64,000 bases of DNA, from positions 1,856,001-1,920,000 of the forward strand of contig OY762492.1 in the NCBI GenBank assembly GCA_963665845.2, in the 5' to 3' direction. Each line of letters starts with the position of its first letter. Position 1 is the first letter of the stretch. The DNA is from Candidatus Poribacteria bacterium. Its GTDB lineage: Bacteria > Poribacteria > WGA-4E > GCA-2687025. The notes under the pieces are model-generated. The model searched no databases. It had not been told where the DNA came from and saw only the letters and a list, made by a program, of their open reading frames with translations. Position numbers and translations under genes: made by a program. Shown here one piece after another: positions 30,113 to 39,623 of the stretch.

Positions 30113-32455
30113 TTATTTCAACAGAACCATGCGCCGCGTTTCTGAAAAGCTGCCCGCCTCAATGCGGACGAAATAGACGCCGCTGGCGGCGGGCGCGCCG
30201 AGGGCGTCCTTGCCGTCCCAGTACGCCGCTTTCTCTTTAGCGCGGTAGGAACCTGCCGGCAGTTCGCCCAGCTCCAACCGCCTGACCGTTTGACCCGCCG
30301 AGTCGTAGATTGAGATCGTCACGGCTCTTTCTTGCGCCAAATCGAACGGGATCCACGTTTCGGGGTTGAACGGGTTCGGGTAATTCGGCAGAAGCGCGTT
30401 CTTGAAAAGAAGAGGCGAATTAGGGCGTTTAACGTCTGACCAGAAAACAGGTTGATCTTCAAACCTCCACAGCAGAACGCGCCCGTCTTTTCCGCCGCTC
30501 ACAAGCGAACGGCTGTCGGGAGAAAACGCGACCGCGTTCACCCACCCGACATGCCCTCTAAACGTCTTCTTCAGCGCAAATGTTTTGGCGCTCCAAATCC
30601 GTACCGTCCCGTCCTTTCCTCCGCTGGCGATATGCTGTCCGTCAGGCGAATACGCCAAAGCATAAACGGCGCCCTCATGACCGATCATCTTTCCTCTCAA
30701 CGCGCCGTTCTTCGCGCTCCAAACGCGCGCGATGGAGTCTTCTCCTCCAACCGCTATGGATCCTCCGCTCGGCGACAACGCCAGCGCATGAACAGACTTG
30801 ACCCCTTCCACGGTGCGAAGAATCTCCCGCGTCTCCACATCCCAAAGATGGACGTTTACCTCGCTCCCAGAAGCGGCTAAAACGGTTCCGTCTTCTGAAA
30901 ACGCCAGATTAGAAGCCCATCCGCTCGGAGACGTGAACGCCTCCTCCGTCCTTCCCGTTAAGACGTTCAAGAAACGTATGTCGCCGCGGCGATTGGCCGC
31001 ATTGTTGTTGAAGGCGATCTTCTTTCCGTCGGGAGAATAGGCAAACGAACTGGGAGAGTAACCTCTCAATTCCATGATCGTCCTCCCCGTTTCCGCGTCC
31101 CATACGCCGATCATATTGTTGTAGCTGACGCTGGCGATGGTTTGCCCATCCGGCGAAAACGCGGACGGTCCAGAATAGGTTCTGATATGCCTCTTCTCCT
31201 CTCCGGTTGAAACATCCCAGATGCGAATGCCCTCATCGGCGCCCCATATATCGTTGCAGGAGCTGGCGACAGAAAGCCCATCCGGTGAAAACGACAGAGA
31301 CGCAATCTCCGAACTTCCCGCAACGAAGAATTGAGCGTTCAGCCGCCCCTGGATGTCCAAACGAGCGAACTCGGCCTCCCGAAGCGGCATGAACATCCTC
31401 GCCAAAAGCAGGCTGTTTGAGGAGAGCAGGACATAGTTCCGATTGCCAGCCTCTACGACCGACGCCAGATCCGTTGCCTCTACATCCCAAATCTGAATCG
31501 TCCTCGTACCGCGTTCCCTGTTGTCTCTTGAAGCGGCCATGAATCGGCTGTCAGGCGAGAAAACCGGCGGGCTAAAACCTTCCTCAAACATGATCAGCTC
31601 CTCACCCGTTCTCGGGTCCCAAAGACCGGCCTTCCCGCCGTTGTACGCCGTCAGCGCGCTCCCGTCCGGCGCAAACCTAACGTTCGTGAGATTCCCGCCA
31701 AACTCAAGCAGATTCTGCCCAGTTTCCACATCCCAAACATGGACAGACGCAACAACCTTTTGGTCGTACTTTGTATAGCTGACGCTGGCGATGGAGCGGT
31801 TGTCTGGAAGGAACGCAATGCGGCCATCATACGGATACGGCTGCCACCATCCCCGCGAATCGACCGGGGTCTTGAAGCGCGTTTTCAGCTCCCCTGCGGC
31901 TGCGTCCCAAATATACGCTTCCTCATCCCCGGCGCCGGCGGCAAGCCGCCCGTCATGCGAAAAAACAAGCGATGCGATCTCCTCGCTGGAAGCCTCCAGC
32001 TCCCTCTTCAGCTCCCCTGTTTCCACATCCCAAAGCCGTATGGAGTTGTCCCGTTTCTTGACAGCGACGGTCCGCCCGTCAAAAGAATAAGCGAACGAAC
32101 GGACGTTGTCTAATTCGCGCGAAACCGCCTTTAGCTCCCCCGACGCAACATCCCAAATGCGGAAGTCTGAAAAACTACGCCCAACAAGATAGCGGCCGCC
32201 GTCCTTGAACTCCAGCCAGTTCACCTCCTGACGAAACTCCGCCATCGAATGAATTATCCGCCCGGTTTGAGCGTCTAAAAGCCGCACAATCCCATTCGTG
32301 TCGCCCGCCGCAAGCAGTTCGCTGTCAGCGGACAATGCCGCCCGCATGACAGAGCCAGGGTGGCGCGCAAGAACCCTCTGCGCTTCCCCTTCGTCAACCA
32401 AGAGAAGCCAACACGCCAAACCGATCCATGCCAAGCATGCCCCGCGTTTCATCAT
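30113..32455 (-). CDS. Secreted WD40-repeat protein with CTD (copy 7)
   Basis: Same architecture as the other copies. Confidence 0.92.
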   Translation of the reverse strand: MMKRGACLAWIGLACWLLLVDEGEAQRVLARHPGSVMRAALSADSELLAAGDTNGIVRLLDAQTGRIIHSMAEFRQEVNWLEFKDGGRYLVGRSFSDFRIWDVASGELKAVSRELDNVRSFAYSFDGRTVAVKKRDNSIRLWDVETGELKRELEASSEEIASLVFSHDGRLAAGAGDEEAYIWDAAAGELKTRFKTPVDSRGWWQPYPYDGRIAFLPDNRSIASVSYTKYDQKVVASVHVWDVETGQNLLEFGGNLTNVRFAPDGSALTAYNGGKAGLWDPRTGEELIMFEEGFSPPVFSPDSRFMAASRDNRERGTRTIQIWDVEATDLASVVEAGNRNYVLLSSNSLLLARMFMPLREAEFARLDIQGRLNAQFFVAGSSEIASLSFSPDGLSVASSCNDIWGADEGIRIWDVSTGEEKRHIRTYSGPSAFSPDGQTIASVSYNNMIGVWDAETGRTIMELRGYSPSSFAYSPDGKKIAFNNNAANRRGDIRFLNVLTGRTEEAFTSPSGWASNLAFSEDGTVLAASGSEVNVHLWDVETREILRTVEGVKSVHALALSPSGGSIAVGGEDSIARVWSAKNGALRGKMIGHEGAVYALAYSPDGQHIASGGKDGTVRIWSAKTFALKKTFRGHVGWVNAVAFSPDSRSLVSGGKDGRVLLWRFEDQPVFWSDVKRPNSPLLFKNALLPNYPNPFNPETWIPFDLAQERAVTISIYDSAGQTVRRLELGELPAGSYRAKEKAAYWDGKDALGAPAASGVYFVRIEAGSFSETRRMVLLK

Positions 32456-32466
32456 CCAATTTCCTT

Positions 32467-34791
32467 TTATTTCAACAGAACCATGCGCCGCGTTTCTGAA
32501 AAGCCGCCCGCCTCAATGCGGACAAAATAGACGCCGCTAGCCGCCGGCGCGCCGAGGGCGTCCTTGCCGTCCCAGTACGCCGCCTTCTCTTTAGCGCGGT
32601 AGGAACCCGCCGGCAGTTCGCCCAGCTCCAACCGCCTGACCGCTTGACCCGCCGAGTCGTAGATTGAGATCGTCACGGCGCTTTCTTGCGCCAGATCGAA
32701 CGGAATCCACGTTTCGGGGTTGAACGGGTTCGGGTAATTCGGGAGGAGCGCGTTCTTGAATAAAAGAGGCGAATTCGGGCGCTTGACGTCTGACCAGAAA
32801 ATCGGCAGGTCTTCAACGCTCCACAGCAGAACGCGGCCATCCTTCCCGCCGCTGATAAGCGAAAGGCTGTCGGGGGAAAACGCAACGGAGCTCACATACC
32901 CGACATGCCCGGTCAACGTTCTTTTAAGTTCAAACGTCTCGGCGTCCCAGATGCGTATCGCCCCGTCATCGTCCCCGACAGCGATCAGCGCGCCGTCGGG
33001 CGAATAGGCGGCGGAGACAACGGCTCCTTCATGCCCTTCCAGCTCCGCCCGCAGCGCGCCGTATCGAACACCCCAGAGACGCGCAGCCGAATCCTCCCCG
33101 CCGGTCAAGAGCGTTTTGCCGTCCGGCGAGAAGGCAAGCGTTTTCACACGCTCTCCATCCGCAAACGTTCGAATCAAATTGCCCGATTCGGAATTCCACA
33201 AAAACGCCCCGTCATACCCCCCGACCGCCAGCGTTTGGCCGTCCGGCGAATACACAATCGAACTAGGCGCCCATTGATCTCCTTTCAGGTCTGAAAACAC
33301 GTCGCCGGAATCGATCCGCCAGATATGGACGTCTTTGCCTTGATAGTTGTAATCGGTGAACGCGAGCGATTTGCCGTCCGGCGAAAATGCAAGCGACGAC
33401 GGTCTGTAGTCCGCCAATTCCGCTGCAATCTCTCCCGTCTCGGCGTTCCTAATCTGTATGCCGTCATATTTCAAGGCTGCGATGTATTGACCGTCCTGCG
33501 AAAGAGCCGCAGGCCCCTTATAATATCCGTACTGCGCAGTCGCCTGTCCTGTTAAAAGATCCCAAATCCGAATCGAGCTGTCCCCAGTCCAAATGCGCCG
33601 AGGCGAGCTGAAGACGTATCGGCCGTCAGGCGAAAGAGAAACGGACGCAATCGGCGTGTTGTTCGCGGGCGCCTCGCCTTTTACCTCTCCCGTCTCGATG
33701 TCCCAGACGCGTGTTGTTCTGGACCGATAATAGTCTTCCCAAACGGGGGTTGAGGCGGCCGTACGCCCGTCCGGCGACAGCGCCGCCAGATATAAGATTC
33801 CCCGAAACGTCGAGACAATTTCCCCTGTCTCCGCATCCCATATTTGCGCCTGATTCGAATCGTATCCGACGACCAATTTGCTGCTGTCTTCTGAGAAGAA
33901 CTGCCGATCGGACGCAACAAAAGAATCCCTTCGGTTTGTCCTTAGAATCCTCTCCGTTTCCAGTTCCCACAGGGTAACGACATCGTTGCCGTTCACGGTT
34001 AGCAGCCTTCGTCCGTCGGGAGAGAACTTGGCGATCTCAAAATCTCCGCCAAAGGAGGATGTCATCTTCCCTGTTTTCACATCCCATATCTCCGCCGTTC
34101 CGGTTCCGTCCCCGTATTCGTATCTGAAGCGAACGCGCGCCATCGACTGGTTGTCGGGAAGAAACGCAATGGGGGAACGAGACGCCCTACTCCGTCCAGG
34201 AATGCTGATCCGATGTTTTACCCGCAGCGTCTCAGCGTTCCAAATATAGAGACCGTCTTCCCAAGGAGCGGCAATTAGCAGCCCGTCATGCGAATAAACC
34301 ATAGAACCTAGATGAACGCCGACATCCTCCAACTCCCCTTTCATCTTCCCCGACAGAAAATCCCAGACGCTCACAACGCTGTATTCGTTGCGGACGGCGA
34401 TCGTTCGCCGGTCCGGCGACAGGGCGACATCGTAACAAATGCCCAATTTGTCCGAAATTGGGAGACGTTCGCCGGTCTTCAGGTCATGCGCCTGCAGCCT
34501 GGAAAAGCTGGAGTTGAGTAGATAGCGGCTCCCGGGCCAAAAGCGCATCCAGTCCACCTCCGATATATTGCCGTCCAGCGTCTGTATGAGCGTTCCTGTT
34601 GAGTAGTCCCAGAGCTGTATCGCCCCGCCTTCCCCGCCGCTCGCAAGCGTCTTGCCGTCAGGAGACAGCGCCAACGAAGCGTCGCTTCCTGGATGCGCCC
34701 CAACAACTCTCTGCGCAAAGCCGTCCGCCGCCGACAGCCAAAATGCCGCCAGCGCCGCCAAAATCGATGCCGCTGTCCGTCTCATCATCAA
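32467..34791 (-). CDS. Secreted WD40-repeat protein with CTD (copy 6, first gene after the internal promoter)
   Basis: Same architecture; AGGAGG RBS upstream. Confidence 0.92.
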   Translation of the reverse strand: MMMRRTAASILAALAAFWLSAADGFAQRVVGAHPGSDASLALSPDGKTLASGGEGGAIQLWDYSTGTLIQTLDGNISEVDWMRFWPGSRYLLNSSFSRLQAHDLKTGERLPISDKLGICYDVALSPDRRTIAVRNEYSVVSVWDFLSGKMKGELEDVGVHLGSMVYSHDGLLIAAPWEDGLYIWNAETLRVKHRISIPGRSRASRSPIAFLPDNQSMARVRFRYEYGDGTGTAEIWDVKTGKMTSSFGGDFEIAKFSPDGRRLLTVNGNDVVTLWELETERILRTNRRDSFVASDRQFFSEDSSKLVVGYDSNQAQIWDAETGEIVSTFRGILYLAALSPDGRTAASTPVWEDYYRSRTTRVWDIETGEVKGEAPANNTPIASVSLSPDGRYVFSSPRRIWTGDSSIRIWDLLTGQATAQYGYYKGPAALSQDGQYIAALKYDGIQIRNAETGEIAAELADYRPSSLAFSPDGKSLAFTDYNYQGKDVHIWRIDSGDVFSDLKGDQWAPSSIVYSPDGQTLAVGGYDGAFLWNSESGNLIRTFADGERVKTLAFSPDGKTLLTGGEDSAARLWGVRYGALRAELEGHEGAVVSAAYSPDGALIAVGDDDGAIRIWDAETFELKRTLTGHVGYVSSVAFSPDSLSLISGGKDGRVLLWSVEDLPIFWSDVKRPNSPLLFKNALLPNYPNPFNPETWIPFDLAQESAVTISIYDSAGQAVRRLELGELPAGSYRAKEKAAYWDGKDALGAPAASGVYFVRIEAGGFSETRRMVLLK

Positions 34792-34819
34792 GCCTCCTGT
34801 TGCCTCTCAACGCTTGCTT

Positions 34820-34835
34820 AGCAAAATTGGCGCCA
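34820..34835 (-). promoter_or_regulatory. Putative sigma-54 -24/-12 promoter
   Basis: Minus strand TGGCGCCAATTTTGCT (GG-N10-GC), in the only long gap of the array, ~30 bp before the start codon. Confidence 0.75.
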
Positions 34836-34875
34836 GACCAGAAACCGCCTATTTGCGAAAATACTCGCCGAAAAA

Positions 34876-34912
34876 CGTACGTTATGGTACGCCTCCCGGA
34901 CGAAAACGTACG
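34876..34912. promoter_or_regulatory. Two putative activator (UAS) sites
   Basis: CGTACGTTATGGTACG (34876) and CGGACGAAAACGTACG (34897), 21 bp apart. Confidence 0.5.
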
Positions 34913-34919
34913 CCCCGAG

Positions 34920-37262
34920 TTATTTCAACAGAACCATGCGCCGCGTTTCTGAAAAGCCGCCCGCTTCGATGCGGACGAAATAGACGCCGCTGGCGGCAGG
35001 CGCGCCGAGGGCGTCCTTGCCGTCCCAGTACGCCGCCTTCTCTTTAGCGCGGTAGGAACCCGCCGGCAATTGCCCCAGCTCCATGCGCCTGACCATTTGA
35101 CCCGCCGAATCATAGATCGCGATCGTCACGGCGCTTTCTTGCGCCAGATCGAACGGAATCCACGTTTCAGGGTTGAACGGGTTTGGGTAATTCGGCAGAA
35201 GCGCGTTCTTCAAAAGAAGAGGCGAATTCGGACGCTTCACGTCTGACCAGAAAACAGGTAGCTCTTCAAACCTCCACAGCAGAACGCGCCCATCCTTTCC
35301 GCCGCTCACAAGCGATTTACTGTCGGGAGAAAACGCAACCGCGTTCACCCAACCTGCATGCCCCCTCAACGTCTTCTTCAGGTCATATGTCTTGGCGCTC
35401 CAAATCCGTACCGTCCCGTCCTTTCCTCCGGTGGCGATGTGCTGTCCGTCAGGCGAATACGCCAAAGCATGAACGGCGCCCTCATGACCAATCATCTTTC
35501 CTGTCAACGCGCCGTTCTTCGCGCTCCAAACGCGCGCGATGGAATCTTCTCCTGCAACCGCTATCGATTCCCCGCTCGGCGACAACGCCAGCGCATGAAA
35601 ATACCCGACCGCTTCCACGGTTTGAAGAATCTCCCGCGTCTCCACATCCCAAAGATGGACGTTTTCCTCGCTCCCAGAAGCGGCTAAAACGCTTCCGTCT
35701 CCTGAAAAGGATAGATTGTAAATCCGCCCGCTCGGAGCCGTGAGCGCTTCCTCCGTTGTTCCCGTTGAGATGTCCAAAAAACGCACGACCCCTTGTTCCT
35801 TGGCAGCATTGCTGTTGAAGGCGAGCGTCTTTCCATCAGGGAAATAGGCAAACGAACCGGAAGAGTAGCCTTCCAATTCCACGATCTGCTCCCCTGTTTC
35901 CGCGTCCCATACGCCGATCATATCGCCGTATCTTCTGGCCGAGGCGACGGTCCGCCCGTCCGGCGAAAACGCGGATGGTCCAGAAAAGGCTTCGATATGC
36001 CTGTTCTCCTTCCCTGTTGAAACATCCCAGATGCGAATGCCGTAATCCGTGATCCATCCTTTTTCGCAGGAGCTGGCGACAGAGCGCCCGTCCGGCGAAA
36101 ACGACAACGACGCAATCTCCGAACTTCCCGGAACTAAGAATTGAGCGGTCTCCCGCCCCTGAATGTCCCAACGAGTGAACTCTGCCCCCCAAAGCGTTAT
36201 GACGATCGTCGCCGTCAACAGACCACTCGACGACAAGAAAGCATGGTACTTATCGCCGCTCTCTATGACCGACCTCAGATCCTTTGTCTCCACATCCCAA
36301 ATTTGAATCGTTGTCGTATCGCTTTCCCTGTTGTATCTTGAAGCGGCCATGAGCCTGCTGTCAAGTGAAAACCTAGGCGCGCCAAACCCCTCCTCAAATG
36401 CGACCAGCTCCTCCCCTGTTCTGAGGTCCCAGAGACCGGCATTTCCGCCGTTGTACCCCGCCAGCGCGCTTCCGTCCGGCGCAAACCTGGCGCCCGTAAA
36501 ATAGTCCCCAAAATCAAGCTGATTCTGCCCAGTTTCCGCATCCCATACATGGACAGCCGCAATATCCCTTTGGTCGCGCGTTGTATAGGTAACGCTGGCG
36601 ATGGAGCGGCTGTCGGGAAGGAACGCAATGCGGTGATCATGCGGATACAAAACCCGCCTTGCCCGCGAATCAGACGGCGTCTTGAAGCGCGTTTTCAGTT
36701 GACCCGTTGCCGCGTCCCAAATATAAACATCCTCATCTCCGGCGCCGGCGGCAAGCCGCCCGTCAGGAGAAAAAGCAAGCGCGTCAATATCCTCGCTGAC
36801 AGCCTCTATCTCCCTCTTCAGCTCCCCCGTTTCCACATCCCAAAGCTTTACGGGGCCGTCCCATTTCTTGGCAGCGACGGTCCGCCCGTCAGAAGAAAAA
36901 GCGAACGGACTGACGAGGTCCAATTCGCGCGAAACAGCCTTCAGCTCCCCCGACGCCGCATCCCAAATGCGAAGGTTCGAAAAACTGTACCCAACAAGAT
37001 ACCGATCGCCCCCCTTGAACCCCAGCCAGTCCACTTCCTGACAAAACTGCGCCATCGAATGAATGATCCGCCCGGTTCGAGCGTCCAAAAGCCGCACAAG
37101 TCCATTCGTGTCGCCCGTCGCAAGCATCTCCCCGTCAGCCGACAGCGCCGCCTCATAGACGGTTCCAGGATGCTGCCCAACAATCCTCTGCGCAAAACCG
37201 TTCGCAGCCGACAGCCAAAATACTGCCAATGCAGCCAAAATCGACACCGCAGCCCGTCTCAT
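34920..37262 (-). CDS. Secreted WD40-repeat protein with CTD (copy 5)
   Basis: Same architecture as the other copies. Confidence 0.92.
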   Translation of the reverse strand: MRRAAVSILAALAVFWLSAANGFAQRIVGQHPGTVYEAALSADGEMLATGDTNGLVRLLDARTGRIIHSMAQFCQEVDWLGFKGGDRYLVGYSFSNLRIWDAASGELKAVSRELDLVSPFAFSSDGRTVAAKKWDGPVKLWDVETGELKREIEAVSEDIDALAFSPDGRLAAGAGDEDVYIWDAATGQLKTRFKTPSDSRARRVLYPHDHRIAFLPDSRSIASVTYTTRDQRDIAAVHVWDAETGQNQLDFGDYFTGARFAPDGSALAGYNGGNAGLWDLRTGEELVAFEEGFGAPRFSLDSRLMAASRYNRESDTTTIQIWDVETKDLRSVIESGDKYHAFLSSSGLLTATIVITLWGAEFTRWDIQGRETAQFLVPGSSEIASLSFSPDGRSVASSCEKGWITDYGIRIWDVSTGKENRHIEAFSGPSAFSPDGRTVASARRYGDMIGVWDAETGEQIVELEGYSSGSFAYFPDGKTLAFNSNAAKEQGVVRFLDISTGTTEEALTAPSGRIYNLSFSGDGSVLAASGSEENVHLWDVETREILQTVEAVGYFHALALSPSGESIAVAGEDSIARVWSAKNGALTGKMIGHEGAVHALAYSPDGQHIATGGKDGTVRIWSAKTYDLKKTLRGHAGWVNAVAFSPDSKSLVSGGKDGRVLLWRFEELPVFWSDVKRPNSPLLLKNALLPNYPNPFNPETWIPFDLAQESAVTIAIYDSAGQMVRRMELGQLPAGSYRAKEKAAYWDGKDALGAPAASGVYFVRIEAGGFSETRRMVLLK

Positions 37263-37277
37263 CGTCCATTCTCCTCT

Positions 37278-39608
37278 TTATTTCAACAGAACCATGCGCC
37301 GCGTTTCTGAAAAGCTGCCCGCCTCAATGCGGACGAAATAGACGCCGCTGGCGGCGGGCGCGCCGAGGGCGTCCCTGCCGTCCCAGTACGCCGCTTTCTC
37401 TTTAGCGCGGTAAGAACCTGCCGGCAATTTGCCCAGTTCCAACCGCCTTACGGTTTGACCCGCCGAGTCGTAGATCGTTATCGTCACGGCGCTTTCTTGC
37501 GCCAGATCGAACGGAATCCAGGTTTCGGGGTTGAACGGGTTTGGGTAATTCGGGAGGAGCGCGTTCTTGAAAAGAAGAGGCGAATTCGGGCGTTTAACGT
37601 CTGACCATAAAACAGGTTGATCTTCAAATCTCCACAGCAGAACGCGCCCATCCTTCCCGCCGCTCACAAGCGATATGCTGTCGGGGGAAAACGCAACGGA
37701 GCTCACATACCCGATATGCCCTGTCAACGTTCGTTTCAATTCAAACGTCTCGGCGCTCCATATGCGGACGGCGCTGTCGTCGCCGGCGCTGGCGATGTAA
37801 CGTCCGTCCGGCGAATAAGCGACAGCGCGAATCTTGCCCTCATGCCCGCGCAGCCTCGTCTGCTGCGCGCCGTTCTTGACGCTCCACACTCGAATCATCG
37901 AATCCTCGCAACCGGCCGCGGCGAAACGGCCGTCCGCCGACAACGCCAACGAATCGATCAGCGATTTAGAGGTCAACGTACGGACAAGCGCGCGCGTTTC
38001 GACGTTCCAGATATGAATATCGGAGCCGTCGCCTTCAGCGGCGAGTGTCAACCCGTCGCTCGAAATTGCCAGTATGGACAGGGAATCGCTGGGTGAGTGG
38101 AACGCCTCGACCGCCTCGCCTGTCGCCGCGTTCACATAGCGTACGGTACCGCCTCCGTGGAAAGATTGAGTGAAGGCAAGCTGCTCTCCGTCCGATGTGA
38201 AGACGAACGATCTAGGCGTGTAGCCGTTTAATTCCATGACCGTCTCGCCCGTTTCCGCGTCCCAGACGGCGAGTCCTTTGTGAATGCCGACGCCTGCGAT
38301 ATAGCGTCCGTCCGGCGAGTACACGACCGAGCCTACTTCGGCTTTGAAGCGGAACTTTTCTTCCCCTGTTGAGATGTCCCAGACGCGAATGTTATCATCC
38401 GTGAGCCATCCAATGTTGCGCGAGCTGGCGGCGAAGCGTCCGTCCGGCGAGAACGAAACCGAGTGAATCCCGGTACTGCCGTGAACGGAGTAGCGATGCT
38501 TTTGCTGAGTCTCCATATCCCAATAATCGATGGAGCTGTCTGCGAGCGTTAGCCGTGTTGCCAGCAGCCAACCATTCGATGACAACAGAATGCCGCCCCA
38601 GTATGCGCTGCCATAGGCCGCAATCCGCTGCTTTGTTTTCACATCCCAAACATGAAGCGGGGTCGTTCTGTTCAGAATATCCCATCCGAGGGCTGCGATC
38701 ATCCGCCCGTCTGTAGAGAAGGTTGAGTCTCGGAAATCGTCAGGCAATTCCATCCAGACGGCTCCTGTTTCCAGATCCCATAGACGAGTCGTTCCGCTGC
38801 CTTCCTCCTTGAGAAGGCTGCCGTCCGGTGAGAAAAGAGCATTGTAAAGATGAACGTCGAAGGCGCGCCGTTCTTGTCCCGTTTTCACATCCCACACATG
38901 AACCAAATCGGTTTGTGGATCGGAATGTTTTTTACGGCTCAAGCTCGCGATGGATCGGTCATCGGGCAGGAACGCAATGCGGTAATTGGAGGGGCGGGGA
39001 ACCGTTTTGAAATCGTCCAGGGGCGTCTTGAAAGAGGCGGTCAACCGTTTCGTTTCCAGGTCCCAGATATAAATGTCCTCCGCGCCGGCGCCGGCAACGA
39101 GAAGCCCTTTATGAGAAAACACAAGCGCCGTCAGCTCCTCGCTGACAGCCTCCAGCTCCCCCTCCATCTCTCCAGTTTCTACATCCCAAATCTGTACGGG
39201 ATTGTCCCTTTTCCAGGCGGCGATGGTTCTGTTGTCCGGCGAAAAAGCGGAGACGATGGCGCCTGCCAATTGATGCGAAACAGCCTTCATCTCTCCGGTC
39301 TTAACATCCCATATCCGCGGCTCACGAAAATCGGACGCGACAAGATAGCGGTTCGTTGCCCAAAATTGCGTCCAGTACACGTCCCATCGAAACGCTCCCA
39401 GCGCATGAATCATCCGCCCGGTTCGAGCGTCCAAAAGCCGCACAAGTCCATTCGCGTCGCCCGTTGCAAGCAGCTCTCCGTCCGACGACAACGCTGTCGC
39501 CATGACAAACCCAGGATGCCGCCCAACAACTCTCTGCGCAAAACCGTTCGCAGCCGACAGCCAAAATACTGCCAATGCAGCCAAAATCGACACCGCAGCC
39601 CGTTTCAT
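37278..39608 (-). CDS. Secreted WD40-repeat protein with CTD (copy 4)
   Basis: Same architecture as the other copies. Confidence 0.92.
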   Translation of the reverse strand: MKRAAVSILAALAVFWLSAANGFAQRVVGRHPGFVMATALSSDGELLATGDANGLVRLLDARTGRMIHALGAFRWDVYWTQFWATNRYLVASDFREPRIWDVKTGEMKAVSHQLAGAIVSAFSPDNRTIAAWKRDNPVQIWDVETGEMEGELEAVSEELTALVFSHKGLLVAGAGAEDIYIWDLETKRLTASFKTPLDDFKTVPRPSNYRIAFLPDDRSIASLSRKKHSDPQTDLVHVWDVKTGQERRAFDVHLYNALFSPDGSLLKEEGSGTTRLWDLETGAVWMELPDDFRDSTFSTDGRMIAALGWDILNRTTPLHVWDVKTKQRIAAYGSAYWGGILLSSNGWLLATRLTLADSSIDYWDMETQQKHRYSVHGSTGIHSVSFSPDGRFAASSRNIGWLTDDNIRVWDISTGEEKFRFKAEVGSVVYSPDGRYIAGVGIHKGLAVWDAETGETVMELNGYTPRSFVFTSDGEQLAFTQSFHGGGTVRYVNAATGEAVEAFHSPSDSLSILAISSDGLTLAAEGDGSDIHIWNVETRALVRTLTSKSLIDSLALSADGRFAAAGCEDSMIRVWSVKNGAQQTRLRGHEGKIRAVAYSPDGRYIASAGDDSAVRIWSAETFELKRTLTGHIGYVSSVAFSPDSISLVSGGKDGRVLLWRFEDQPVLWSDVKRPNSPLLFKNALLPNYPNPFNPETWIPFDLAQESAVTITIYDSAGQTVRRLELGKLPAGSYRAKEKAAYWDGRDALGAPAASGVYFVRIEAGSFSETRRMVLLK

Positions 39609-39623
39609 CGTCCATTCTCCTCT